Shown: positions 40,205 to 50,634, counted from the whole stretch's first letter. The stretch: 63,923 bases of DNA, filler included, from Octopus bimaculoides (GCF_001194135.2; 7 parts of 7 records of this genome joined end to end with filler, not necessarily neighbours in it); one strand, 5' to 3'. Numbers and translations are program-made. Notes: generated by a model not told the origin, from the sequence alone.

Positions 40205-40906
40205 NNNNNNNNNNNNNNNNNNNNNNNNNNNNNNNNNNNNNNNNNNNNNNNNNNNNNNNNNNNNNNNNNNNNNNNNNNNNNNNNNNNNNNNNNNNNNNNN
40301 NNNNNNNNNNNNNNNNNNNNNNNNNNNNNNNNNNNNNNNNNNNNNNNNNNNNNNNNNNNNNNNNNNNNNNNNNNNNNNNNNNNNNNNNNNNNNNNNNNNN
40401 NNNNNNNNNNNNNNNNNNNNNNNNNNNNNNNNNNNNNNNNNNNNNNNNNNNNNNNNNNNNNNNNNNNNNNNNNNNNNNNNNNNNNNNNNNNNNNNNNNNN
40501 NNNNNNNNNNNNNNNNNNNNNNNNNNNNNNNNNNNNNNNNNNNNNNNNNNNNNNNNNNNNNNNNNNNNNNNNNNNNNNNNNNNNNNNNNNNNNNNNNNNN
40601 NNNNNNNNNNNNNNNNNNNNNNNNNNNNNNNNNNNNNNNNNNNNNNNNNNNNNNNNNNNNNNNNNNNNNNNNNNNNNNNNNNNNNNNNNNNNNNNNNNNN
40701 NNNNNNNNNNNNNNNNNNNNNNNNNNNNNNNNNNNNNNNNNNNNNNNNNNNNNNNNNNNNNNNNNNNNNNNNNNNNNNNNNNNNNNNNNNNNNNNNNNNN
40801 NNNNNNNNNNNNNNNNNNNNNNNNNNNNNNNNNNNNNNNNNNNNNNNNNNNNNNNNNNNNNNNNNNNNNNNNNNNNNNNNNNNNNNNNNNNNNNNNNNNN
40901 NNNNNN

Positions 40907-40961
<55 letters not shown>

Positions 40962-40962
<1 letters not shown>

Positions 40963-41247
40963 GTGTTTGACCTTTGCTTTGTATTTGTACAAGTTGACTC
41001 CAAGTCTCACCCAAAGACCTCAAGAGACAACAAGCTAGAAGTTCATGTTGGTGTTATGCCTAGGGTGTCATATATTTGGTTTTGAACATGGTATTGTTCT
41101 AGAGAATGTTTAAGAAAACATAAGAAAATTATAAGATTGTTTTAAAATTTGAGATTACATAGACAGTATTTTACATAGGTTATGGGCAGTTCCCATGAGC
41201 ACTATCTTTTGAATTTGTGCCATTTTGAGGTTGCCTGGTATCTGAGC
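40962..41247 (-). mobile_element. R4/Dong-clade LINE 3' end, subfamily 2 (5'-truncated, 286 bp)
   Basis: Frame 41247-41155 AQIPGNLKMAQIQKIVLMGTAHNLCKILSM*, a ~190-nt 3'UTR unlike that of subfamily 1, and (AAT)n on both sides. Confidence 0.85.
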
Positions 41248-41282
<35 letters not shown>

Positions 41283-42649
41283 ATGTATTTCACCCTTCTG
41301 ATGTCGATAAAATAAAGTGCCAGTCAGGTAGAATGTATCGATCTTAGCACTCAATCGAGGGAAGGCGACGACGATCGAAGCTTAAAGCAAGGTAACCGAA
41401 ACACAGAACTAATCTCGAATTGCAGACATAGTATAAAATTATTTCTATTTCTTTTCAGGACGACAATCAAAGCACCAGTAACGACACATCGAACGTAACT
41501 TGCCGCCATCTTGTATTATATTTCAACAGCTATGACGTAGGTCCGTGAACATCGTTGGGCTCAAATGCTTTTATGCAAGCATGAAACCGTGATACAGAAA
41601 TAAATCCAGGTAAATACAATACATAATAGGTGCACGTACAAAATAGGTGCACGTGTGTGTGCATGTGCGCATGTATGCATGCCATTATTCAGTTTATTTC
41701 AAGATTTCTTGCCAGTAGAGAAAGAGTCGGTTTCTAAATTAGATCCAAGACTTCTTCATTGGAATTTCAACAACATCAACAGGATGTTTTTGTATGTATG
41801 TATATATATATATGTGTATGTATGTATGAATGTATGTATGTATGTATGTATTATGTTATCAATCAGTTTCATTTCTGTATTTCTTGTCCATAGAGAAAGA
41901 GCCGGACTCTAACATAGATTCAAGGCTCCTTCATTGGAACTTTTATCAACATCATCTAGGTATTTGTGCATATGTGTGTGTGTGTGCAGTATTTGATGTT
42001 AGTGTATGCGCAGATTTGTATGTTTGTTTTATGGATGCGGTTTTATGTATATATTTTCATATCTAAGATGCATGCATATATGTATGTATGTATGTATGCA
42101 TGCATGTATGTATGTATGTATGTATGTATGTATGTATGTATGTATATGTGCAGATTTGTATGGTTTGTTTTATGTGTGTCTTCTCATCCGTATACTTGCA
42201 TATCTAGATGTGCTCATATATACTTAAATGATAAACTTCTGGAAAGTTTTACAGATTTTTACAGTTCCAGTGATGGGTCGGATCAGCTTTCTGGTTTTGA
42301 GAAGCCTAATTTCTTAAGATTGGTACTTAGGCTGTGTGTTACATATACCGTATGTATGTATGTATGTATGTATGTAGGTAGGTAGGTAGGTAGGTAGGTA
42401 GGTAGGTAGGTAGGTAGGTAGGTAGGTAGGTATTAATTTATTTCACCTCATTCAGAGTCTATAAAAACCAGTGTTTGTTAAAGCTCTCAGTCTGCGAAAG
42501 TGTTAAAACATTTGTTATGTAGGGTTTTTTCCATTCCATCGACTTTGTATTTGAAATCTATGCCACTAGCACGTTTGAGTTATTGTTTCGTAACTCATTT
42601 TCACAAACTTATACAAATTAACTTTGGTCAAGATTCTTTTCAACTCTTT

Positions 42650-42958
42650 TGGGGTATTTAGAAATAATACATTTCTAAATCTCTCAGAGAGATTTATGCA
42701 GTAGTGATACGATGAAGTAGTTGTATGCTGTCAACTTAATCTGACAGTCCCCTGAAGGGAATAATACTACTGTTGGTTAGACCTAGGAAGCTGCACCGCT
42801 TCCTGTCGGCCTTGACACATTTCCTATGTCCTTATGTTTACAAGGGGGGTGGAGACTCCAGACTGATGACATGCTACTCCAGACTGATGACGAGCAAAGA
42901 CTCAGAAACATGTCTCTGGATGCAGGCTCAGCTGGGTGGAGGTGCGTCTCCCCCCCCC
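42650..42958 (+). mobile_element. Penelope-like element 3' end / pseudo-LTR fragment
   Basis: Carries a minimal hammerhead with a palindromic stem III, typical of PLE terminal repeats. It is preceded by a decayed stretch resembling a GIY-YIG C-terminus and shows weak similarity to 15560-15700 and 25440-25520. Confidence 0.5.
42878..42920 (+). ncRNA. Minimal type-I hammerhead ribozyme motif
   Basis: TCCAGA (stem I) - CTGATGA core - c GAG caaaga CTC a (stem II) - GAA - ACATGT (palindromic stem III) - C cleavage site (GUC triplet) - TCTGGA (stem I partner, 6 bp). Confidence 0.7.
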
Positions 42959-43189
42959 NNNNNNNNNNNNNNNNNNNNNNNNNNNNNNNNNNNNNNNNNN
43001 NNNNNNNNNNNNNNNNNNNNNNNNNNNNNNNNNNNNNNNNNNNNNNNNNNNNNNNNNNNNNNNNNNNNNNNNNNNNNNNNNNNNNNNNNNNNNNNNNNNN
43101 NNNNNNNNNNNNNNNNNNNNNNNNNNNNNNNNNNNNNNNNNNNNNNNNNNNNNNNNNNNNNNNNNNNNNNNNNNNNNNNNNNNNNNNNN

Positions 43190-43592
43190 TTACTCTTTTA
43201 CTTGTTTCAGTCATTTGACTGTGGCCATGCTGGAGCACCGTCTTTAGCCGAGCAAATCGACCCCAAGACTTATTCTTTGTAAGCCTAGTACTTATTCTAT
43301 CAGTCTCTTTTGCCGAACCGCTAAGTTGCGGGGACGTAAACACTCCAGCATCGGTTGTCAATCAATGTTTGGGGGGGACATACACAGACACACAAACATA
43401 TACACACACATATATATATACATATATACGACGGGCTTCTTTCAGTTTCCGTCAACCAAATCCACTCACAAGGCTTTGGTCGGCCCGAGGCTATAGTAGA
43501 AAACACTTGCCCAAGGTGCCACGCAGTGGGACTGAACCCGGAAACATGTGGTTGGTAAGCAAGCTACTTACCACACAACCACTCCTACGCCT
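43190..43592 (-). mobile_element. tRNA-derived SINE family B (full length)
   Basis: Minus-strand head AGGCGTAGGAGTGGTTGTGTGGTAAG...GGTTCAGTCCC, body GGCACCTTGGGCAAGTG...GAAACTGAAAGAAGCCCGTCG, internal CA/TA tract and tail GACTGAAACAAGTAAAAGAGTAA. Confidence 0.88.
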
Positions 43593-44092
43593 ATCTGTGT
43601 CAATCTGTAATATCTTTTTATAGATTACTGGACTATTAGTGAGTTTGTCGGTATTTTTATTTAGAGAAACAACTTGGCCTTCAATAACAAACGTGAGCCG
43701 TTTATGATTTTGATTTAAAGACCTGTGACCTAGAAGTTCGCCCATCTATGACTCTCCAACGTAAGATGTTTGAGCAAGTTTATAACTAAAACATGATTTA
43801 TGATAGTTTTTATTCTCGTTTTCAATTCAAAGTAGTATGCTTACTTTTATTAGTAGTAAAACATGTATCCTCGTTTATTAGTGACTCGTTTCACCACTGG
43901 TCTGAAATAGCACGGTATGTTCATCGTGAACCGTGTTAGGGTTATCTGAATTGATCTGCGATAACGCGGTTCGGCGATCAAAGACTCTGCTTGCACCGCA
44001 AAAGCGCTCCCCAGAGTCCATCTACAAAGCTCAGTACAACTTGTTTTTTTTTTTTTTTGTCTTTATTTTCACTGATGGATTTAACACGGTAT

Positions 44093-44308
44093 ACTCTTTT
44101 ACTCTTTTACTTGTTTCAGTCATTTGACTGTGGCCATGCTGGAGTACCGCCTTTTAGTCGAGAAAATCGACCCCAGGACTTATTCTTTGTAAGCCTAGTA
44201 CTTATTTTATCGGCCTCTCTTGCCGAACCGCTAAGTTACGGGGACGTAAACACACCAGCATTGGTTGTCAAGCGATGTTGGGAGGGGGACAAACACAGAC
44301 ACACAAAC

Positions 44309-44339
<31 letters not shown>

Positions 44340-44492
44340 CGACGGGCTTCTTTCAGTTTCCGTCTACCAAATCCACTCACAAGGCTTTGGTCGGCCCGAG
44401 GCTATAGTAGAAGACACTTGCCCAAGGTGCCACGCAGTGGGACTGAACCCAGAACCATGTGGTTGGTAAGCAAGCTACTTACCACACAGCCA
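44093..44492 (-). mobile_element. SINE family B copy ending 72 nt upstream of the SLC26 exon start
   Basis: Near-identical to 43190-43592 but lacking the first ~12 nt of the head. Confidence 0.88.
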
Positions 44493-44526
44493 TAGACGAG
44501 GATAGATATAATACATTGATACCGCT

Positions 44527-44564
44527 TACTAATTTTCGTTTTTCTCTTCTTCATGTTTTTCCAG
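44527..44564 (+). promoter_or_regulatory. 3' splice site (branch point, polypyrimidine tract, CAG) upstream of the SLC26 coding exon
   Basis: TACTAAT followed by TTTCGTTTTTCTCTTCTTCATGTTTTTCCAG; the exon would start at 44565, 20 nt before the ATG. Confidence 0.75.
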
Positions 44565-44584
44565 ACCCTTCGATTAAAGAAAGA

Positions 44585-47038
44585 ATGCTAGACAGAGAAT
44601 TGTCGAATTGTACCAATGTTTTGGGAGACCATCCACCAATTGTTCAAATGGAGTCTTCGAAAGATGTAAATTCAATTTTATATAGAAATTCATCGCTTAC
44701 TCAAAGCCGACTTGATAATCTTTATAGGAAACCAAATGCGAAAAAACCATCCCTTTCTCAAAGAGTCAGATCCCAGTGTTATTGTTCCAAAAGAAGACTA
44801 TGGAAAGTGTTGAGTACTTACCTACCAGTTATCAGAGTAATACGATATTACAAATTAAAAAGCTATCTTTTAATAGATTTCTTAGCCGGATTAACCGTTG
44901 GTGTCATGCATATTCCTCAAGCATTGGGTTTCGGAAAACTAACTTCAGTGAAAATAGTAAATGGACTTTATACATCATTTTGGCCAGTGGCTTTATACAC
45001 GATTTTTGGCACGTCTCCGCATGTATCCATTGGAACAAGTGCTGTCATTTGTATCTTGACAGCAGGTATCGTTGACGAACAGGCTCTCATTTTTGCTAAG
45101 GATCACTTCAACAGTTCCTTTTTCCACAACAGTTCCGCTGCCGATTGGGAGTCGATACCAGAGTATATGGACTTTAAAGAAGGAGTCGCCATGACAACTT
45201 CTCTTCTCGCCGGATTAATCCTCCTTTTAATGGGAGTGTGTCGTTTAGGTTTTATCACTGCTTATTTATCGGAATCATTTTTCAGTGCTTTTACATCAGC
45301 AGCTGCAGTACACATCGCCACCAGTCAGATTTCTTCCATGCTTGGTCTATCAATAAAAAAATACAGTGGACTTTTCAAAATAATTTACACCTATCGCGAC
45401 ATATTCCTAAACATCACAAAGACTAATATCGCAGAGCTCATCATGTCAATCATATGTATCATCATTCTGTTACTCGTAAAATCTTGCATTAATGACCGAT
45501 TCAAGCATAAACTAAAATCTCCAATACCGATTGAGTTGATTGTTGTAATACTGGGAACACTAGTCGCCTATCTTGCTAACCTTGCTGAAATTTACGACGT
45601 TAAAATTGTTGGCCTGATCTCAACAGAAATACCCGTACCAAAAGTGCCGCCACTAAGCAATGCCACAGATATTTTACTAGACAGTTTTATCATTGCTATA
45701 TTGATATTCGCCAATACAATCGCTATGGCAAAGATATGTGCCAAGAAACACAATTACGAAATAAACGACTCGCAAGAACTAATTGCCTACGGCTTGTGTA
45801 ATTTTGTGAGTGCGTTTTTTCTCTGTTTCCCGTCGAGCGTCGCTCCTCCCCGTTCGATGATCGCAAGCACAATGGGAGCAAAGACTACTCTACATGCAGT
45901 AGTTACAGCAATTCTCATGTTTTTATTACTGAGTGTTATCAGTAGTTTGTTCAAAACTTTACCTGTATCAATACTGGCCGCTGTTATAGTCATTGCATTA
46001 AAAGGCCTATTTCTTCAAATTGCTGATTTAAAGAAATTCTGGCATATCAATATCTTCGATTTCACCATCTGGTTGATAACTTTTCTCAGTGTTGTTTTCT
46101 TAGACATTGACTATGGTCTTGGCATCGGAATAGTCATATCTCTCCTTACGGTAGTTCTGCAGAGTCAGCTTGGTCCAAGTTATCGCATTGCACGTCTCCC
46201 TAAAGAACATTTATTGGTTGAACACAAACTTTACCATTCAGAAGAGATTAGAGGTGTGAAAATATTCCGATTTGAGGCTAACATTTATTTTGCTACAGCA
46301 GAAATATTCCGAAATAGTCTCTATCGAAAAACTCTCAATCCTAGGAAACTTCTGAAACAACTTCAAAAACTAGAAAAACGACTCCAAGAGCAAAATAAAA
46401 AGAGTTCATCAACAATGGACATACTCAAACGTTCGACAAGTGTTGATTCAGAATCTGCCGACACAACGATAATAGGAGATCAGACATTTCCATTTTCAGT
46501 GGATAAAACGATAGCTCTTGACGGATCGTGTAAAACGCAATACTCTTCTGTATCTCACGTGACAATGAATCCATCGAGTACCAATGTTTCTAATGGGGAA
46601 GTCCCAAATGGAAGAAAACATTCTATTACACAGAGTTCGGATTCCGGTATAATTTGGCAGGAGGAAGAAACAGATCCGGAAGATGGCGGTTGTTACATAC
46701 CAGAGGGAAACCTGAATATTATGAAGTCAGTTCGTTTCATCATATTAGATTTATCCAGTGTAAATTACATCGATGCCACTGGAGCAAATATACTGAGCTA
46801 CATCTACAAGGAGTACGAACACGTGAATGTAGAAGTTTTTCTTGCTGCGTGTCATCCTCGTGTATGCAAAAGTTTGCAACAGGCTGGCGTGTTTGACGTC
46901 TTTCCGCCGGATAATGTATTTGTTACAGTGAATTGTGCAATAGCCCAAACGTATAACAACTACAAAATTAAGTCTTATGATCTTAAAAACTTCACCGACG
47001 AAGAAGCCGCGGAAGATTCCTACGTAACGAAACTATAG
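44585..47038 (+). CDS. SLC26: SLC26 family anion transporter (SulP + STAS; prestin/SLC26A6-like), ~817 aa, whole CDS in one exon
   Basis: Uninterrupted ORF with the SLC26 signature DFLAGLTVGVMHIPQ...GLYTSFWP...IFGTSPHVSIG, the SQELIAYG motif, ~14 hydrophobic segments, and a STAS domain (IFRFEANIYFATAE...IILDLSSVNYIDATG) with a long S/T-rich intervening sequence. It ends in the class-I PDZ-type motif VTKL. The first in-frame ATG after the splice acceptor is 44585. Confidence 0.96.
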   Translation: MLDRELSNCTNVLGDHPPIVQMESSKDVNSILYRNSSLTQSRLDNLYRKPNAKKPSLSQRVRSQCYCSKRRLWKVLSTYLPVIRVIRYYKLKSYLLIDFLAGLTVGVMHIPQALGFGKLTSVKIVNGLYTSFWPVALYTIFGTSPHVSIGTSAVICILTAGIVDEQALIFAKDHFNSSFFHNSSAADWESIPEYMDFKEGVAMTTSLLAGLILLLMGVCRLGFITAYLSESFFSAFTSAAAVHIATSQISSMLGLSIKKYSGLFKIIYTYRDIFLNITKTNIAELIMSIICIIILLLVKSCINDRFKHKLKSPIPIELIVVILGTLVAYLANLAEIYDVKIVGLISTEIPVPKVPPLSNATDILLDSFIIAILIFANTIAMAKICAKKHNYEINDSQELIAYGLCNFVSAFFLCFPSSVAPPRSMIASTMGAKTTLHAVVTAILMFLLLSVISSLFKTLPVSILAAVIVIALKGLFLQIADLKKFWHINIFDFTIWLITFLSVVFLDIDYGLGIGIVISLLTVVLQSQLGPSYRIARLPKEHLLVEHKLYHSEEIRGVKIFRFEANIYFATAEIFRNSLYRKTLNPRKLLKQLQKLEKRLQEQNKKSSSTMDILKRSTSVDSESADTTIIGDQTFPFSVDKTIALDGSCKTQYSSVSHVTMNPSSTNVSNGEVPNGRKHSITQSSDSGIIWQEEETDPEDGGCYIPEGNLNIMKSVRFIILDLSSVNYIDATGANILSYIYKEYEHVNVEVFLAACHPRVCKSLQQAGVFDVFPPDNVFVTVNCAIAQTYNNYKIKSYDLKNFTDEEAAEDSYVTKL

Positions 47039-47162
47039 CGCTGATAAAATCTTTGCAAGTTAATCTTATAAAAAACGTTATCAGGACTAACAACTAGAGC
47101 TCAATTATTTAGAATTGACTAACACTGGAACTTTTGTATAACTTGAAAGACAAATGTAGAAG

Positions 47163-47168
47163 AATAAA
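47163..47168 (+). terminator. Candidate polyadenylation signal for SLC26
   Basis: AATAAA 125 nt after the TAG stop; a common hexamer in AT-rich DNA, so weak evidence. Confidence 0.35.
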
Positions 47169-47230
47169 TAACTTATATTACATAAATTCTACATAATATG
47201 AAGGGTTAACCGTAGGATATTTAAATACAG

Positions 47231-47395
47231 TAGGCGCAGATGTGGCTGCGTGGTGAGAAGTTGACTTCCTACCCATATGATTCCGGTTTCAGTCCTACTG
47301 CGTGGCACCTTCGATAAGTGCCGTCTACTATAGCCCCGGGCCGACCTGAGCCTTGTAAATGAATATGATAGACGGAAACTGAAAAAAGGCCGTTA

Positions 47396-47400
<5 letters not shown>
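47231..47400 (+). mobile_element. SINE family B 5' half downstream of SLC26
   Basis: AGGCGCAGATGTGGCTGCGTGGTGAG...GGCACCTTCGATAAGTG...GACGGAAACTGAAA. Confidence 0.8.
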
Positions 47401-47432
<32 letters not shown>

Positions 47433-47539
47433 NNNNNNNNNNNNNNNNNNNNNNNNNNNNNNNNNNNNNNNNNNNNTTAATTAATTAANNNNNNNNNNNN
47501 NNNNNNNNNNNNNNNNNNNNNNNNNNNNNNNNAAGAGAG

Positions 47540-47636
<97 letters not shown>

Positions 47637-48564
47637 TAAACATACACACACAAGTACGTATACATATATACTTATATACATATATATATATATATACATA
47701 CGTATAAATGTATATATTGCTCCCTTTCTCCCTCAATTCTCTCTTTTTCTCTCTTTCTCCCTCCTACCCTCCTTCTCTCTATCTATCTATCTATCTCTCT
47801 CTCATCTTTACTAAATGAGACAATATGNNNNNNNNNNNNNNNNNNNNNNNNNNNNNNNNNNNNNNNNNNNNNNNNNNNNNNNNNNNNNNNNNNNNNNNNN
47901 NNNNNNNNNNNNNNNNNNNNNNNNNNNNNNNNNNNNNNNNNNNNNNNNNNNNNNNNNNNNNNNNNNNNNNNNNNNNNNNNNNNNNNNNNNNNNNNNNNNN
48001 NNNNNNNNNNNNNNNNNNNNNNNNNNNNNNNNNNNNNNNNNNNNNNNNNNNNNNNNNNNNNNNNNNNNNNNNNNNNNNNNNNNNNNNNNNNNNNNNTATT
48101 GACACACACACACGCACATGTACACACATACGCACATACACATATACACACATACACACATATATCCGCACCAAAAAAGAGGCATAGATACACAAGTTTG
48201 AAGCACATAAACACCCACCCACAAACACAGTGAATGACGTACGTCTTATGGAGACGCATACATGTACAAGAACATTCATACACATATACATACTCACGAA
48301 TACATGGGAATACACAAAGAAATACAAACACACACGCACACACACACACACACGCACGCACACACACACATACACACACACATACACACACACAGATGCA
48401 AATAAACACACAAACGCACGTACGGAATAAACACGTGCACGCACGACCGATTTCATAATGAAATTGTGGTCAACAACTATAACAACAACAACAAAAACAA
48501 AAACACCAGAAACAAGAACAACGATGACCGCCATTACAACAAAAACAACAGCAGCTGTAAAAGC

Positions 48565-48614
<50 letters not shown>

Positions 48615-48694
48615 TAATAATGATAATAATAATAATAATAGTTATGACAATGGTAGTAATAATAATATTAATATTAATAATAATAATAATAATG

Positions 48695-48727
<33 letters not shown>

Positions 48728-48759
48728 GTTATGACAATGGTAGTAATAATAATATTAAT

Positions 48760-48794
<35 letters not shown>

Positions 48795-48795
48795 N
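48565..48795. repeat. (AAT)n microsatellite with a duplicated interruption, running into a ~940-N gap
   Basis: Direct reading; other trinucleotide tracts at 49800-49905, 55080-55228 and 61145-61212. Confidence 0.95.
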
Positions 48796-49805
48796 NNNNN
48801 NNNNNNNNNNNNNNNNNNNNNNNNNNNNNNNNNNNNNNNNNNNNNNNNNNNNNNNNNNNNNNNNNNNNNNNNNNNNNNNNNNNNNNNNNNNNNNNNNNNN
48901 NNNNNNNNNNNNNNNNNNNNNNNNNNNNNNNNNNNNNNNNNNNNNNNNNNNNNNNNNNNNNNNNNNNNNNNNNNNNNNNNNNNNNNNNNNNNNNNNNNNN
49001 NNNNNNNNNNNNNNNNNNNNNNNNNNNNNNNNNNNNNNNNNNNNNNNNNNNNNNNNNNNNNNNNNNNNNNNNNNNNNNNNNNNNNNNNNNNNNNNNNNNN
49101 NNNNNNNNNNNNNNNNNNNNNNNNNNNNNNNNNNNNNNNNNNNNNNNNNNNNNNNNNNNNNNNNNNNNNNNNNNNNNNNNNNNNNNNNNNNNNNNNNNNN
49201 NNNNNNNNNNNNNNNNNNNNNNNNNNNNNNNNNNNNNNNNNNNNNNNNNNNNNNNNNNNNNNNNNNNNNNNNNNNNNNNNNNNNNNNNNNNNNNNNNNNN
49301 NNNNNNNNNNNNNNNNNNNNNNNNNNNNNNNNNNNNNNNNNNNNNNNNNNNNNNNNNNNNNNNNNNNNNNNNNNNNNNNNNNNNNNNNNNNNNNNNNNNN
49401 NNNNNNNNNNNNNNNNNNNNNNNNNNNNNNNNNNNNNNNNNNNNNNNNNNNNNNNNNNNNNNNNNNNNNNNNNNNNNNNNNNNNNNNNNNNNNNNNNNNN
49501 NNNNNNNNNNNNNNNNNNNNNNNNNNNNNNNNNNNNNNNNNNNNNNNNNNNNNNNNNNNNNNNNNNNNNNNNNNNNNNNNNNNNNNNNNNNNNNNNNNNN
49601 NNNNNNNNNNNNNNNNNNNNNNNNNNNNNNNNNNNNNNNNNNNNNNNNNNNNNNNNNNNNNNNNNNNNNNNNNNNNNNNNNNNNNNNNNNNNNNNNNNNN
49701 NNNNNNNNNNNNNNNNNNNNNNACAACACCAAAAATATATAAACACTAAAACCAACAAAAGTAGTAACAACAACAACAGCTGCTTCAACAACCACATCAG
49801 CAACA

Positions 49806-49842
<37 letters not shown>

Positions 49843-50405
49843 GCCACTACTACTACTGCCACTACTACTACTGCTACTACTACTACTACTGGTGGTGGTG
49901 GTGGTGAAGCTGCAACGCCCATTAATAACTCCTCCTGTGGTTTCTCTTCTATGTCAGTGACGACGATAAGAGAGCCAAGTTGTGAGTTCCATCATCCATG
50001 CTGTTTACCTTCGTGAAGTTTGCTGCATATTAAATAACATGGTCCACTTGCTATGAGCCAGCGAAGAGGCGTCTTTGTGTGGTCGTTCGTTCAACAGACT
50101 AGAAATAGCAGCCAAATCAGCCTCAAATCGCAAACCCATCGTTACAAAAAAATAAACGCAAGGACATGATCGATAAGGTATTCTCTGGAACATAAAAAAC
50201 TATAGACATGGTTTATAATATGGTCTTCTTGCTATGAGGCCTTCTTTACGTGATCGTTCATTCAACAGACTAGAAATAACAGTCGAGTCAGTCTCAAATC
50301 GTAACCCGTTGTCACAAAATGAAAGCAAAAACATAAGGACGTATTCGATAATCTATTCACTGAAACATTATATTGGGTTGTCCAATTTAATGCCCCAAAT
50401 TTATA

Positions 50406-50634
50406 TTGGGTTGTCCGGAAAGTTCGTGCCGATTTTTAAAGGAAAGAAAAAGGTCAATAAATACTTGCCATTACATTTTTAATCAACCAAATATGAACCA
50501 TTTTGTTGCACAATGCGTCTCCATCTTTCCTATACCTTGACAATACCCTCTTCCCAGAACTGAGGTAGTTTCATGGCAAATAAGTCGAAAGGCAATGCTA
50601 CTATAAATCGGCACGAACTTTCCGGACGACCCAA
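50406..50634 (-). mobile_element. Internally deleted mariner element (MITE-like, 229 bp)
   Basis: 30-bp TIRs TTGGGTTGTCCGGAAAGTTCGTGCCGATTT with 1 mismatch and TA on both sides. The minus strand retains a mariner transposase C-terminus (FWEEGIVKV*ERWRRIVQQNGSYLVD*). Confidence 0.9.

Noticed and set aside
44459-44584. First 42 aa of the 859-aa ORF (MVGKQATYHTA...)
   Set aside because: The ATG lies in an antisense SINE head (the same peptide start appears at 63003) and the stretch crosses the pyrimidine tract, so it is intronic.
47783-49960. Long ORFs with poly-I, poly-N, poly-L or CV/HT/YI repeats, and all ORFs spanning X runs
   Set aside because: Translations of microsatellites and N gaps; no coding evidence.
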